DNA from: Candidatus Oxydemutator sp.
GTDB taxonomy: Bacteria; Pseudomonadota; Gammaproteobacteria; Poriferisulfidales; Oxydemutatoraceae
Direction: 5' to 3'
Assembly: GCA_965203445.1 (NCBI GenBank)
Contig: OZ241883.1
Span: forward strand, 2,314,815 to 2,378,814
DNA: 64,000 nucleotides
Shown here: positions 9,898 through 18,796 of the stretch, piece after piece
How positions within the stretch are numbered: the stretch's first letter is position 1
How the letters are laid out: each line of letters begins with the position of its first letter
The notes under the pieces: model-generated
The model's input: the letters and a program-made list of their open reading frames with translations, nothing else
Databases searched by the model: none
Told to the model about the DNA's origin: nothing
Translations under genes and position numbers: made by a program

Positions 9898-12800
9898 ATT
9901 GCCCACTTGACCGGCAAATCATCCCACGAGTGAGACCGGATGGACGCCTTAATTGCGTCAACACACGATCGAAATCAGATGAGACTAGCAACTCGTCAAG
10001 ACTGACGTTCGCGCTTGGCATATAAAAAGCCGTTCCCCTAAATGTGAGAATCCTGAACGAATCCGGATTATTTGTGGCCTGAAGACTCAAACTGATAGCA
10101 CGCCTAAGAGCCTCGTCTGCGAATTCAGCATCCGCCGATACTATCGTGCCGTCAGCATTCACGTCGCCGGTTATCATGAACAAACGGTCATTGTTACGGA
10201 ACATCGGGCAGCTCCTATTATACAAATCCGCAGAGGCTCCCACCTCTCGGTAGTCTATGCAATAGTCCGCGCCCAAATCGCCGCATTCCGCGGACAGCGG
10301 ACGCGCCGACAATATCGGCAGGTGGTTGCGGTGCTGCAACAGCAGATACACGTCCTTGTCCGAACCTATCTCGACGGCAAAACGCACCCCTTGCCGAGCC
10401 AGCACCGCCGACGTCGTCGTCGCGTCCTCGACCACGCCCGCTATGCTGCCGTCCGACAAAAGCAAGCCCGCCTTCACCCCGCCCGCGGGCACGCTGTCCG
10501 GATCCGCGGCGCTCGGCGCGGAACCCGTGTCCACCACCCGCAACTCCAACAACATCCAGTCCACCACATTCGACGGCATGCCGTTGGCGTTGGCGGCGCC
10601 CTCTATACGCGGCACCGTCGTCGTCGCCGCGTGGTTCCAGGGCCTCACGTTATACGGTTGTACACGTGGCAGCGCTCGATTCAAAAACGTGCCCATGTCG
10701 CCAGTCGCGACACTATACGCCCCCTCCAGATACACGCCCGCGGCCACCACCAAGCCTCGCTCGCTGCGGATGCGGGCTTCGGCGGACGACGGCTCTCCTA
10801 TTTCCGCGAGATGCACGCTGCCGCAGTTCGGGCAGTTCGTCAGGCGCAAACGAAATCGCTCGCTGCTTTCCTTCTCTACCTCGTCGTCCACAACCGACAC
10901 ACCCACTCTCGCGGTACCGCCCCTGTCCAACGTTATGCTCCCGGTGACTGGCAGCGCATCCACACTCACATAGATGGTGCCGCTGCGATCTATCACGGTG
11001 GCTTGCCCCAGATCTCCGGCCGTCAGATCTTCGGACACGGCCGCAAGCTCATACTCCACCGTAACGGCCCGATCAGCGCCGCTGCTCAACGACACCGTGA
11101 ACGTTGCGGTAGTCCCTTCCGCCACCACCGCAGGCGCCACCGCCACCGTCACCTGCTCCAGTTCGTTGGCCGCTATCGTCGTCCGCGCAACGGTGCCCGG
11201 CACCTCCAGCGTCACGTCGTCGGGCGCCCCGATAAGCCGTGCGTTGCTCATGGTCACCTCGAAGACCTCGCCCAGCTCGGCGACACCGTCAACGGCCGCC
11301 GTCAGGGAAAACGACTCGCTGCTCCTACCCGGCGCGATGACCACGCTGCCCCTGCTGGTGTCGGCAAAATCGGCGGCGCCGATTTCAGTGCCGCCCACCG
11401 ACCAATCCCAACTCGCACTCATGCCCGCCGGCAAGACCCCTGGCAAACGCACCACGTAGGTCGCAGCCTCGCCTTCCGATACCGTCTCGCTGCCGCCCAG
11501 CGTCGGCGTCAGCACCACCGCGGGCTGCGCCTCCTGTTGCGATGCGCGCCGCGCCGCCCGACTGCCGGCGTCGCCGCCGAACACCAGCACCGGGTAATGA
11601 AGAAAATTGCCAAAATCCCACGGCGCGTCGTCGTTCAACGTCAAAACGCCCATCACCGTGCTCGACGTATCGTCCACGTTCAGCCGATCCCAACCGGCGT
11701 AGATGCCTTCCGCCGCGGTCGGGGAGCGCAACTCGGCGGAGCTCCGAGGCGCCGTGTCCGTCACAGGCGCACCCTCGCCGCAGCAGGACGACTCCCCGCT
11801 GCGCTCGCTATCAAAGTAGCTTGACTGGAGCTCCACACCTCGACCATCCCTCCACCCCATCAGACCGCCTCTTTGATTCCCCCCGCCGGTCGGCTTCCCT
11901 ATCGTATAGCTGGCTCTCACTATGGCTTCGCCCGCGGCGAAGCCTGCCAGACCGCCCACTCTTTGACCATCGCCGTGCACCGCCACGTCGCTATAACTCG
12001 CAACCACAATTCCCCTCTCCACGGCGCCCACCAAACCGCCTACCACCGAGGAACCGCTCACCGCCCCGCTCACCACGTAACTCGCCGCTATCTTGCCGTA
12101 GTTGAACCCCGCCAACGCCGCCACCGCCGAGCTTTCAGGTGCATTTATGCTCACGTTCTCCATGCCTACGGAACGGATTCTGCCGGCTACGCCCAAGGCG
12201 CCGAACAAGCCCACGAAATCATAGCGACTACTGCCCGCTGTTCGTTGTATTCTCATATTCCTGATGACGTGGCCGTGACCTTCGAATACGGCGTTGTAGC
12301 GGAGGGATTCTGGCACAATTCCGACGATCTCAGTACCCGTCCAGCCGCCGCCTATCGGCGTCCAGCCCGGGCCCGGGGCCGGTTCCACACTGGACAAGTC
12401 CAGATCGTTCGACAATTCGTAGCCAGTGCACGCGCCGGAGCAGGTGCGCCTCTCGTCGAAAAAGGGAAACGCCGCCAGATAAGCGGCCCTGTTCGCACTG
12501 CTCACGCCCGCTATCCCGGCACCGCCCAGGTCATAGCGGATCGCCGCCAACTGCGACGTCGTCGCCACCTCTATCAGGGTGTCGCCGTCGGTGTCGTAGT
12601 TTTCCCCCTCGCTGACGCGCAAGAACGGATACTCGGAAGACGTGCCGAAGCGCCACGGATCATCGGCGTTGCCGTCGCCGCTAACGTCCACGTTCCAGGC
12701 GGCGTAGATGCCGCTGTAGGTCGTCGGCGTCTGCAACGACGCGGTGTCGGTGCCGACGCCGAGCGCGCTTGCGCTCTGGCCGCTTGCGAGCGTGTCCCAA

Positions 12801-13666
12801 TAACTGGCGGTGACCGTAGTTAATTCATCCGTTCGTCGCCCGACCAGGCCGCCGACGTTGCTCGCCCCGGTGACCCCGCCCGCGGCGTAACTGGCGGTCA
12901 GTTCCCTGGACGCGCCGCCGCCGGAATGCCCCGCCAGACCGCCTACGTTGTTCGTGCCGCTGACCGCCACCGACGCATACACCGCGATTGCATCATGGTT
13001 GAGGAGTCCGACCAGACCGCCCACGTCCTCTGCGCCCGTAACCAAACCGCCCGCCGCGTAGATCGTCGCAACCACCGTGTTGGTGCTGACCCAACCCGTC
13101 AGCGCACCGACCCGGTTGCGACCGGTAACGTCCACGTCGAGCAAACCAAGATTCTGGATCCTGTTTAGTCGGGTGCCAACAGACCCTCGGGATATGCGCC
13201 CAAACAGGCCGACGTAATCCGAGGACGGACGGTTGATGTAGAGGCCCGTGATAACGTGGCCGCGACCGTCAAAATCGGCGTCGTAGCCAGTGTTCTCACC
13301 GCCTATCGGCTGCCAGCCTGCGCCGGCGTTCCAGTAGAGGTCGTCGCTGCGGGTGCCGAAGCTGCCGGTGTTGAAATCCAGGTTGTTCAGCAACTCATAG
13401 CCGTTGCAGGAAGCCGCGGTGCACGTCGTCGCAAAGGCCGCGGCGTAGTTCGCGGCGTTGTCCTGGGAATCCGCGACGCCGTCGCCGTTCAAATCCCAGC
13501 GTATGGCGTTCATCTGTTGCAGCGTGGTTACGTCAATCAGCCGGGGGGCGTTCTGCGTCTGCGCCGCGAGCGGTTGCGAGGTCAGCACCAGCAGCGACGC
13601 GACCAGGAGTAGTCCAGACACCAGCAATCCTGAACACGCGCAACGCCGACGCATGTTCAAACCCAT
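9896..13666 (-). CDS. Secreted adhesin-like paralog 2: 2 GLUG modules, 2 Calx-beta domains, conserved CTD
   Basis: 1256-aa ORF, same architecture; upstream ATG at 13710 frameshifted by C19. Confidence 0.85.
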   Translation of the reverse strand: MGLNMRRRCACSGLLVSGLLLVASLLVLTSQPLAAQTQNAPRLIDVTTLQQMNAIRWDLNGDGVADSQDNAANYAAAFATTCTAASCNGYELLNNLDFNTGSFGTRSDDLYWNAGAGWQPIGGENTGYDADFDGRGHVITGLYINRPSSDYVGLFGRISRGSVGTRLNRIQNLGLLDVDVTGRNRVGALTGWVSTNTVVATIYAAGGLVTGAEDVGGLVGLLNHDAIAVYASVAVSGTNNVGGLAGHSGGGASRELTASYAAGGVTGASNVGGLVGRRTDELTTVTASYWDTLASGQSASALGVGTDTASLQTPTTYSGIYAAWNVDVSGDGNADDPWRFGTSSEYPFLRVSEGENYDTDGDTLIEVATTSQLAAIRYDLGGAGIAGVSSANRAAYLAAFPFFDERRTCSGACTGYELSNDLDLSSVEPAPGPGWTPIGGGWTGTEIVGIVPESLRYNAVFEGHGHVIRNMRIQRTAGSSRYDFVGLFGALGVAGRIRSVGMENVSINAPESSAVAALAGFNYGKIAASYVVSGAVSGSSVVGGLVGAVERGIVVASYSDVAVHGDGQRVGGLAGFAAGEAIVRASYTIGKPTGGGNQRGGLMGWRDGRGVELQSSYFDSERSGESSCCGEGAPVTDTAPRSSAELRSPTAAEGIYAGWDRLNVDDTSSTVMGVLTLNDDAPWDFGNFLHYPVLVFGGDAGSRAARRASQQEAQPAVVLTPTLGGSETVSEGEAATYVVRLPGVLPAGMSASWDWSVGGTEIGAADFADTSRGSVVIAPGRSSESFSLTAAVDGVAELGEVFEVTMSNARLIGAPDDVTLEVPGTVARTTIAANELEQVTVAVAPAVVAEGTTATFTVSLSSGADRAVTVEYELAAVSEDLTAGDLGQATVIDRSGTIYVSVDALPVTGSITLDRGGTARVGVSVVDDEVEKESSERFRLRLTNCPNCGSVHLAEIGEPSSAEARIRSERGLVVAAGVYLEGAYSVATGDMGTFLNRALPRVQPYNVRPWNHAATTTVPRIEGAANANGMPSNVVDWMLLELRVVDTGSAPSAADPDSVPAGGVKAGLLLSDGSIAGVVEDATTTSAVLARQGVRFAVEIGSDKDVYLLLQHRNHLPILSARPLSAECGDLGADYCIDYREVGASADLYNRSCPMFRNNDRLFMITGDVNADGTIVSADAEFADEALRRAISLSLQATNNPDSFRILTFRGTAFYMPSANVSLDELLVSSDFDRVLTQLRRPSGLTRGMICRSSGQ

Positions 13667-13684
13667 ACTTCGTTTGTACAGAAA

Positions 13685-13703
13685 GGGGGGGGGGGGGGGG
13701 GGG
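13685..13703 (-). repeat. Homopolymer C19 (G19 on +), candidate phase-variation tract
   Basis: After ATGACTA; 17 or 20 C would be in frame. Confidence 0.75.
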
Positions 13704-13848
13704 TAGTCATTGGTTCAGCGAAGGGTGTAAGCAGAGAAGCATTTTGTCATTCTGGGGCAGGTTTTTGTCATCGCTATTTAATAATAATCCGAAAAAACGA
13801 AGTTCGCGCCGGCTGCTGCGGGCGCTGGCGGAAGCCTGCAAGAACTTC
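13704..13848. repeat. Intergenic duplicate, copy 2
   Basis: Matches 9753-9897. Confidence 0.88.
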
Positions 13849-16800
13849 ACTGCTCACTTGACCGGCAAATCCTCCCACGAGTGAGACTGCCGGATGGACG
13901 CCTTAATTGCCTCACCACACGCTCGAAATCAGATGAGACTAGAAATTCGTCAAGACTGACGTTCGCGCTTGGCATATAAAACTCCGTGCCCCTAAATCTG
14001 AGAATCCTGAACGAAGCCGGATTATTTGTGGCCTGAAGTTGCAAAACGGCAGCAAGCCTAAGAGCCTCGTTTGCGAAATCAGCATCCGCCGATACTATCG
14101 TGCCATCAGCATTCACGTCGCCGGTTATCATGAACAAACGGTCATTGTTACGGAACATCGGGCAGCTCCCATTATACAAATCCGTAGAGGCTCCCACCTC
14201 TCGGTAGTCTATGCAATAGTTCGCACTTGAATCACCGCAATCCGTGGACAATGGCCGCGCCGACAATATCGGCAGGTGGTTGCGATGCTGCAACAGCAGA
14301 TACACGTCCTTGTTCGGCTCTATCTCGGCGTCAAAGCGCACCCCTTGCCGAGCCAACACATCCGTCGTCGTCGTCGCATTCTCGTTCACGCCTACTATGC
14401 TGCCGTCGGACAGAATCAAGCCTGCCTTTACGCCGCCTACGGGCACGCTGTCCGGATCCGCAGCACTCGGCGCGGAACCCGTGTTCACTACCCGCAACTC
14501 CAACAACATCCAGTCCACCACATTCGACGGCATGCCGTTTGCGTTGGCAACACCCTCTATACGAGGCACCGTCGTCGTCGCCGCGTGGTTCCAGGGCCTC
14601 ACGCTATACGGTTGTACACGTGGCAGCGCTCGATTCAAAAAAGTGCCCATGTCGCCATCCGCGACACGATACGCCCCCTCCAAATACACGCCCGCGGCCA
14701 CCACGAAACCTCTCTCGCTGCGGATGCGGGCTTCGGCGGACTTCGGCTCTCCTATTTCCGCCAGATGCTCGCTGCCGCAGTTCGGGCAGTTCGTCAAAGT
14801 CAAACGAAATCGCTCGCTACTTTCCTTCTCTACCTCGTCGGCCACAACGGACACACCCACTTCCGCAGTACCGTCCTCGCGCAACGTTATGCTCCCGGTG
14901 ATCGGCAGCGCATTCACGCTCACGTAGTTGGTGCCGCCGCGATCTATCACGGTAACTTGCGACAGATCTCCGGACGTCAGGCCTTCGGACGCGGTCGTAA
15001 GCTCATATTCCACCGTAACGTCCCAACCAGCGCCGCCGCTCAACGTCACCGTGAACGTCGCGGTAGTCCCTTCCGCCACCACCACAGGCGCCACCGCCAC
15101 CGTCACCTGATCAAATTCGTTGGCCGCTATCGTCGTCCGCGCAACGGTGCTCGGCGCGTCCAGCGTCACGTCGTCGGGCGCCCCGGTAAGCCGCGCGTTG
15201 CTCATGGTCACCTCGAAGGCCTCGTCCAGCTCGGCGACACCGTCAACGGCCGCCGTCAGGAAAAACGACGCGCTGCTCCCACCCGGTGCGATAACCACGC
15301 TGCCTCTGCTGGTGCCGGCAAAATCGGCGGCGCCGATTTCAGTGCCGCCCACCGACCAATCCCAACTCGCACCGACCCCCGCCGGCAAGACCCCCGGCAG
15401 ACGCACCACGTAGCTCGCCGCCTCGCCTTCCGACACCGTCTCGCTGCCGCCCAGCGTCGGCGTCAGCACCACCGCGGGCTGCGCCTGCTGTTGCGACGTG
15501 CGCTGTGCCGCCCGACTGTCGGCGTCGTCGCCGAACACCAGCACCGGGTATTGATAAAAAGTACCAAAATCCCACGGCGCGTCGTCGTTCAAGTCGCCGT
15601 CGTCCTCCTGATCCACGCCGTCCACGTTCAACTTGTCCCAACCCTCGTAGATGGTGCCCGCCGTGGTCGGAGCGCGCAACTGGTTCGACGTCTTCGGGCT
15701 GTTGTCCGGACTCGGCACATTCGCTCCTCCGCAGCAACCACTCTGGCCGCTGCGCTCGTTATCAAAATAGCTTGCCTGGATGTCGGTGGCAACGGCACCG
15801 CTTGTATCACGCCGTCCTAACAAGCCGCCCCTTACAGTATCTCCCATATGGGATCCGCCTTTCACCACCCCGATAGAATAACTGGCGCTCACCACCGAAC
15901 CCACACCAGCCTCCCCGATCAGGCCGCCCGACGTGTGAAACCTCGAATCCACTTCCACATTGGCATAACTTGCTATCACCTTGCCAAAATTAGACCCCGC
16001 CAAACCACCCGCTCCCCAAGCACCATACACTCTCCCACCTATCACGTAGCAGGCCGCCACTTTGCCGTCGTTACGCCCCACCAGCGCACCCGTATGAACA
16101 CTATGTTGCCCTATATTCAGATTCACGTCCCTCAAGCCCACGTTGCGGATGACACCGTCGCCGTCCAAGACGCGGAACAAGCCCGCAAAGTGCCATACAT
16201 TATTCGGGGAGAGCAGTTCCATATTGCTGATAACGTGGCCGTTGCCCTCAAACACCGCTTTGTAACGGTGCTCCTTGGACAGCCCGCTGCCACTGACAAA
16301 GGACGTGCCCACCCCGCCCCCTATCGGTACCCAGTCCGTCCCCGCCAAGTCTATATCGTTCGACAGCTCGTAGCCGGTGCACGTGCTGGGACAGGTGCGC
16401 CTCTCGTCGAAAAAGGGAAACGCCGCCAGGTATGCATCCCTGTTCGCATCGCTGACACTCGCCAACCCGGCACCGCCCAGGTCGTGGCGTATCGCCGACA
16501 ACTGTGTCGTCGTCGTAACGTCTATCAAACCGTCGTTGTCGCGGTCGTGGTCCATCCCGTCGCTGAGCCCGATGATGGTTGCCGCGGAACTCGCGGCAAC
16601 CGCATCGCCGCTTACGCCGACAGAGAATTGCTCGGCGTACTCCGGGGCCTGATCGTCGAAAACATATACCGAAAACGTCGTCCCGGTGGTGCCCGCCCGG
16701 ATGATCACCGTGCCGCTCGGAAAACGGGCAAGCTGCATTCCGACGTCATCGGCAAAATCCGCGGCCACGACGCCGTCGGTCCCCGTAGCCGTGCCAACCT

Positions 16801-18241
16801 GCCAACGCACCACCACGTCTATCGGCGCAGCCATGGACAAACTCACGGTGTACGTCGCCACACCTCCCTCCAAAACGCGCTCGCTTCCCGTTATCGTCAG
16901 CGGTAGCACGAAATCGGCGATACGAAAGTCGCGCGCGACGCCGTACGTGGCGCCGAGTGCGCCGCCGCCAGCGGGCGCCGACAAAGCGACGGCGAAGCGC
17001 TCGACGGACTCCTTCCTGTAATCAACGACGACGGCGAACTCGCAGCTTGCCGTCGTTTGGGCCGTGAAGACCGCGGTGGCGGTGGCTGCAAGGAAATCAT
17101 TCCCGTCGGCGGAAGCACCCGAACCGGCGCCGGGAATTATCGTGCACAGCACGTCGTCGGTGACGGAAGCGTCGCTTTGCACGACGACCGTCAACGTGGC
17201 GCCTTCTACAACTTCGGCGGCGGGCGCGGGGCCGGCTATCGCGTATTGCGGACCGTCGTTGGCAAGGATGGTGAAAGTGGCGGAAACGTCCCTGAGATCG
17301 AAACCAAACGCGGCCGGCACCGCTCCAAAATTAAAAAGCCAATTACTGAGGCGCAAGGTGACGCTCTCCTCCCCTTCCACCGTCGAATCGTCCGCAACCG
17401 TTACAATATGATTCGCTCGGAGAATGATTTTCTCGGCAAGTACATCATTCACTATTATTTGAAAAAAGGTCAGGCCACTAGATGGCGTACTCTGCAAGTC
17501 AAGCGCGTTGAAGGCGTCGCCGGACCATGCCCCATCGTATAGGTAACTCCCCGCATACTGGCTCTCCAACGGATGAATGACCCGGGCAAAGAAGGCCACC
17601 GTATCCCCCTCGCGCACCTGCAAACCGGGCCTCGCGGGATCCCGATCGAGGAAATTGCGACTGATGTAGCCGCTGGTCGAACCTCGGAAATACCGGGGCA
17701 GGTCCTCCGCCGGCCGGGTCTGGGACAGGGGCGCGGCCACGGCCTCGCCGTTGCGGACGACAATCGGGCGCCCGCCCGTGGTCGCAATGGCGGCAATAAA
17801 CGACAGCGCCGGCACGACGACGAAACTACTACTGGACTGTATGCCGACCATAACGCTGTCCGCGCCGCTCACGCGCCGGTATCCGTGCGCTTCCATGACG
17901 TTCCCGGTCGGGGTGTACGCAAGGAGAGGAAACGGGAATCTTTCCGACGGTTCCGCTACGCTATCATGGGTGACGGCTTGAAACCGCGCTTGAGTTCTGA
18001 CGGCTATCGAGTTGTGGGAACCTCTGACAATTACTTTTTCAAGAGGGCATGCTTGAAAACCGTCGCCGGCACCGCTTCGACACGCCTCGTTTTCATTGGT
18101 ATTCATCTGAATTCTTGAAACAGGTGGACTGATGAAATGGGTTTCAGGGGTTCCCTTGTCGTTATTTTCATCATAGTCAATCGAGTTTTGGGCCGCGGCG
18201 TCGGCGCCGAAAGCCATCAACAACAGGCACACAATTCTCAT
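13847..18241 (-). CDS. Secreted adhesin-like paralog 3: rearranged N-terminus, several Calx-beta domains, 1 GLUG module, conserved CTD
   Basis: 1464-aa ORF; short signal peptide (..ADAAA|QNS); contains an in-frame MITE. Confidence 0.8.
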   Translation of the reverse strand: MRIVCLLLMAFGADAAAQNSIDYDENNDKGTPETHFISPPVSRIQMNTNENEACRSGAGDGFQACPLEKVIVRGSHNSIAVRTQARFQAVTHDSVAEPSERFPFPLLAYTPTGNVMEAHGYRRVSGADSVMVGIQSSSSFVVVPALSFIAAIATTGGRPIVVRNGEAVAAPLSQTRPAEDLPRYFRGSTSGYISRNFLDRDPARPGLQVREGDTVAFFARVIHPLESQYAGSYLYDGAWSGDAFNALDLQSTPSSGLTFFQIIVNDVLAEKIILRANHIVTVADDSTVEGEESVTLRLSNWLFNFGAVPAAFGFDLRDVSATFTILANDGPQYAIAGPAPAAEVVEGATLTVVVQSDASVTDDVLCTIIPGAGSGASADGNDFLAATATAVFTAQTTASCEFAVVVDYRKESVERFAVALSAPAGGGALGATYGVARDFRIADFVLPLTITGSERVLEGGVATYTVSLSMAAPIDVVVRWQVGTATGTDGVVAADFADDVGMQLARFPSGTVIIRAGTTGTTFSVYVFDDQAPEYAEQFSVGVSGDAVAASSAATIIGLSDGMDHDRDNDGLIDVTTTTQLSAIRHDLGGAGLASVSDANRDAYLAAFPFFDERRTCPSTCTGYELSNDIDLAGTDWVPIGGGVGTSFVSGSGLSKEHRYKAVFEGNGHVISNMELLSPNNVWHFAGLFRVLDGDGVIRNVGLRDVNLNIGQHSVHTGALVGRNDGKVAACYVIGGRVYGAWGAGGLAGSNFGKVIASYANVEVDSRFHTSGGLIGEAGVGSVVSASYSIGVVKGGSHMGDTVRGGLLGRRDTSGAVATDIQASYFDNERSGQSGCCGGANVPSPDNSPKTSNQLRAPTTAGTIYEGWDKLNVDGVDQEDDGDLNDDAPWDFGTFYQYPVLVFGDDADSRAAQRTSQQQAQPAVVLTPTLGGSETVSEGEAASYVVRLPGVLPAGVGASWDWSVGGTEIGAADFAGTSRGSVVIAPGGSSASFFLTAAVDGVAELDEAFEVTMSNARLTGAPDDVTLDAPSTVARTTIAANEFDQVTVAVAPVVVAEGTTATFTVTLSGGAGWDVTVEYELTTASEGLTSGDLSQVTVIDRGGTNYVSVNALPITGSITLREDGTAEVGVSVVADEVEKESSERFRLTLTNCPNCGSEHLAEIGEPKSAEARIRSERGFVVAAGVYLEGAYRVADGDMGTFLNRALPRVQPYSVRPWNHAATTTVPRIEGVANANGMPSNVVDWMLLELRVVNTGSAPSAADPDSVPVGGVKAGLILSDGSIVGVNENATTTTDVLARQGVRFDAEIEPNKDVYLLLQHRNHLPILSARPLSTDCGDSSANYCIDYREVGASTDLYNGSCPMFRNNDRLFMITGDVNADGTIVSADADFANEALRLAAVLQLQATNNPASFRILRFRGTEFYMPSANVSLDEFLVSSDFERVVRQLRRPSGSLTRGRICRSSEQ
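18016..18155. mobile_element. 140-bp MITE inserted in frame in paralog 3
   Basis: TIR GGGAACCTCTGA / TCAGGGGTTCCC (11/12); TTGT duplicated at 18012-18015 and 18156-18159. Confidence 0.85.
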
Positions 18242-18283
18242 TAGTCCGCGCTCAATAGGAGGGAGAACAATTAGGGGATTATA

Positions 18284-18726
18284 TGAACCTATCTCAAAAT
18301 TGCCTAATCAATATCATCATGGCGGCCAGCTGCACAAAACCAAAAAAGTTATGCGCGTAATACTCCCACCGTGTTAACACTCGTCGTTGCCATTGTAGCC
18401 ATGCAAAAGTTCTCTCCACTATCCAGCGTCTTTCACAGCGGCGCAGCCTGCGACCATCCTGTGTCTTGCGTTTCTAACGGCGGTGCACTGTTTTGTAATT
18501 CGGCTAACATTGCGGCAGCATCTTCCATTGCGCACCCGTGTTGAGGATCCACAGGACGCCTTCGAGAACCTTTCTTGTCGGCACCGGCTTGCGACCGGCC
18601 CGACCCGGCGGGATGTTTTCTTCTGGGAAGTGCTTGCGTATGCGTTCCCATTGCTCGTCGCTCAATCGTACCATGCAATGGATCATACACGATAATCAGC
18701 AGATATTCGATTTTGAGATAGGTTCA
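18284..18726 (-). mobile_element. Internally deleted, non-autonomous IS5-family (IS427-like) element
   Basis: Perfect 17-bp TIR TGAACCTATCTCAAAAT; retains transposase N-terminus (LSDEQW..GVLWILNTGAQW) and C-terminus (RWIVERTFAWL). Confidence 0.9.
18293..18674 (-). pseudogene. IS5-family transposase remnant
   Basis: Premature stops (QC*PNYKTVHRR*); central catalytic region missing. Confidence 0.85.
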
Positions 18727-18796
18727 GGTTTCATTTGCGTTGGCAGTTACGGCGACGCTTTATTTTCTTTCAGGTGATGCGATGCCCGCAGAAACT

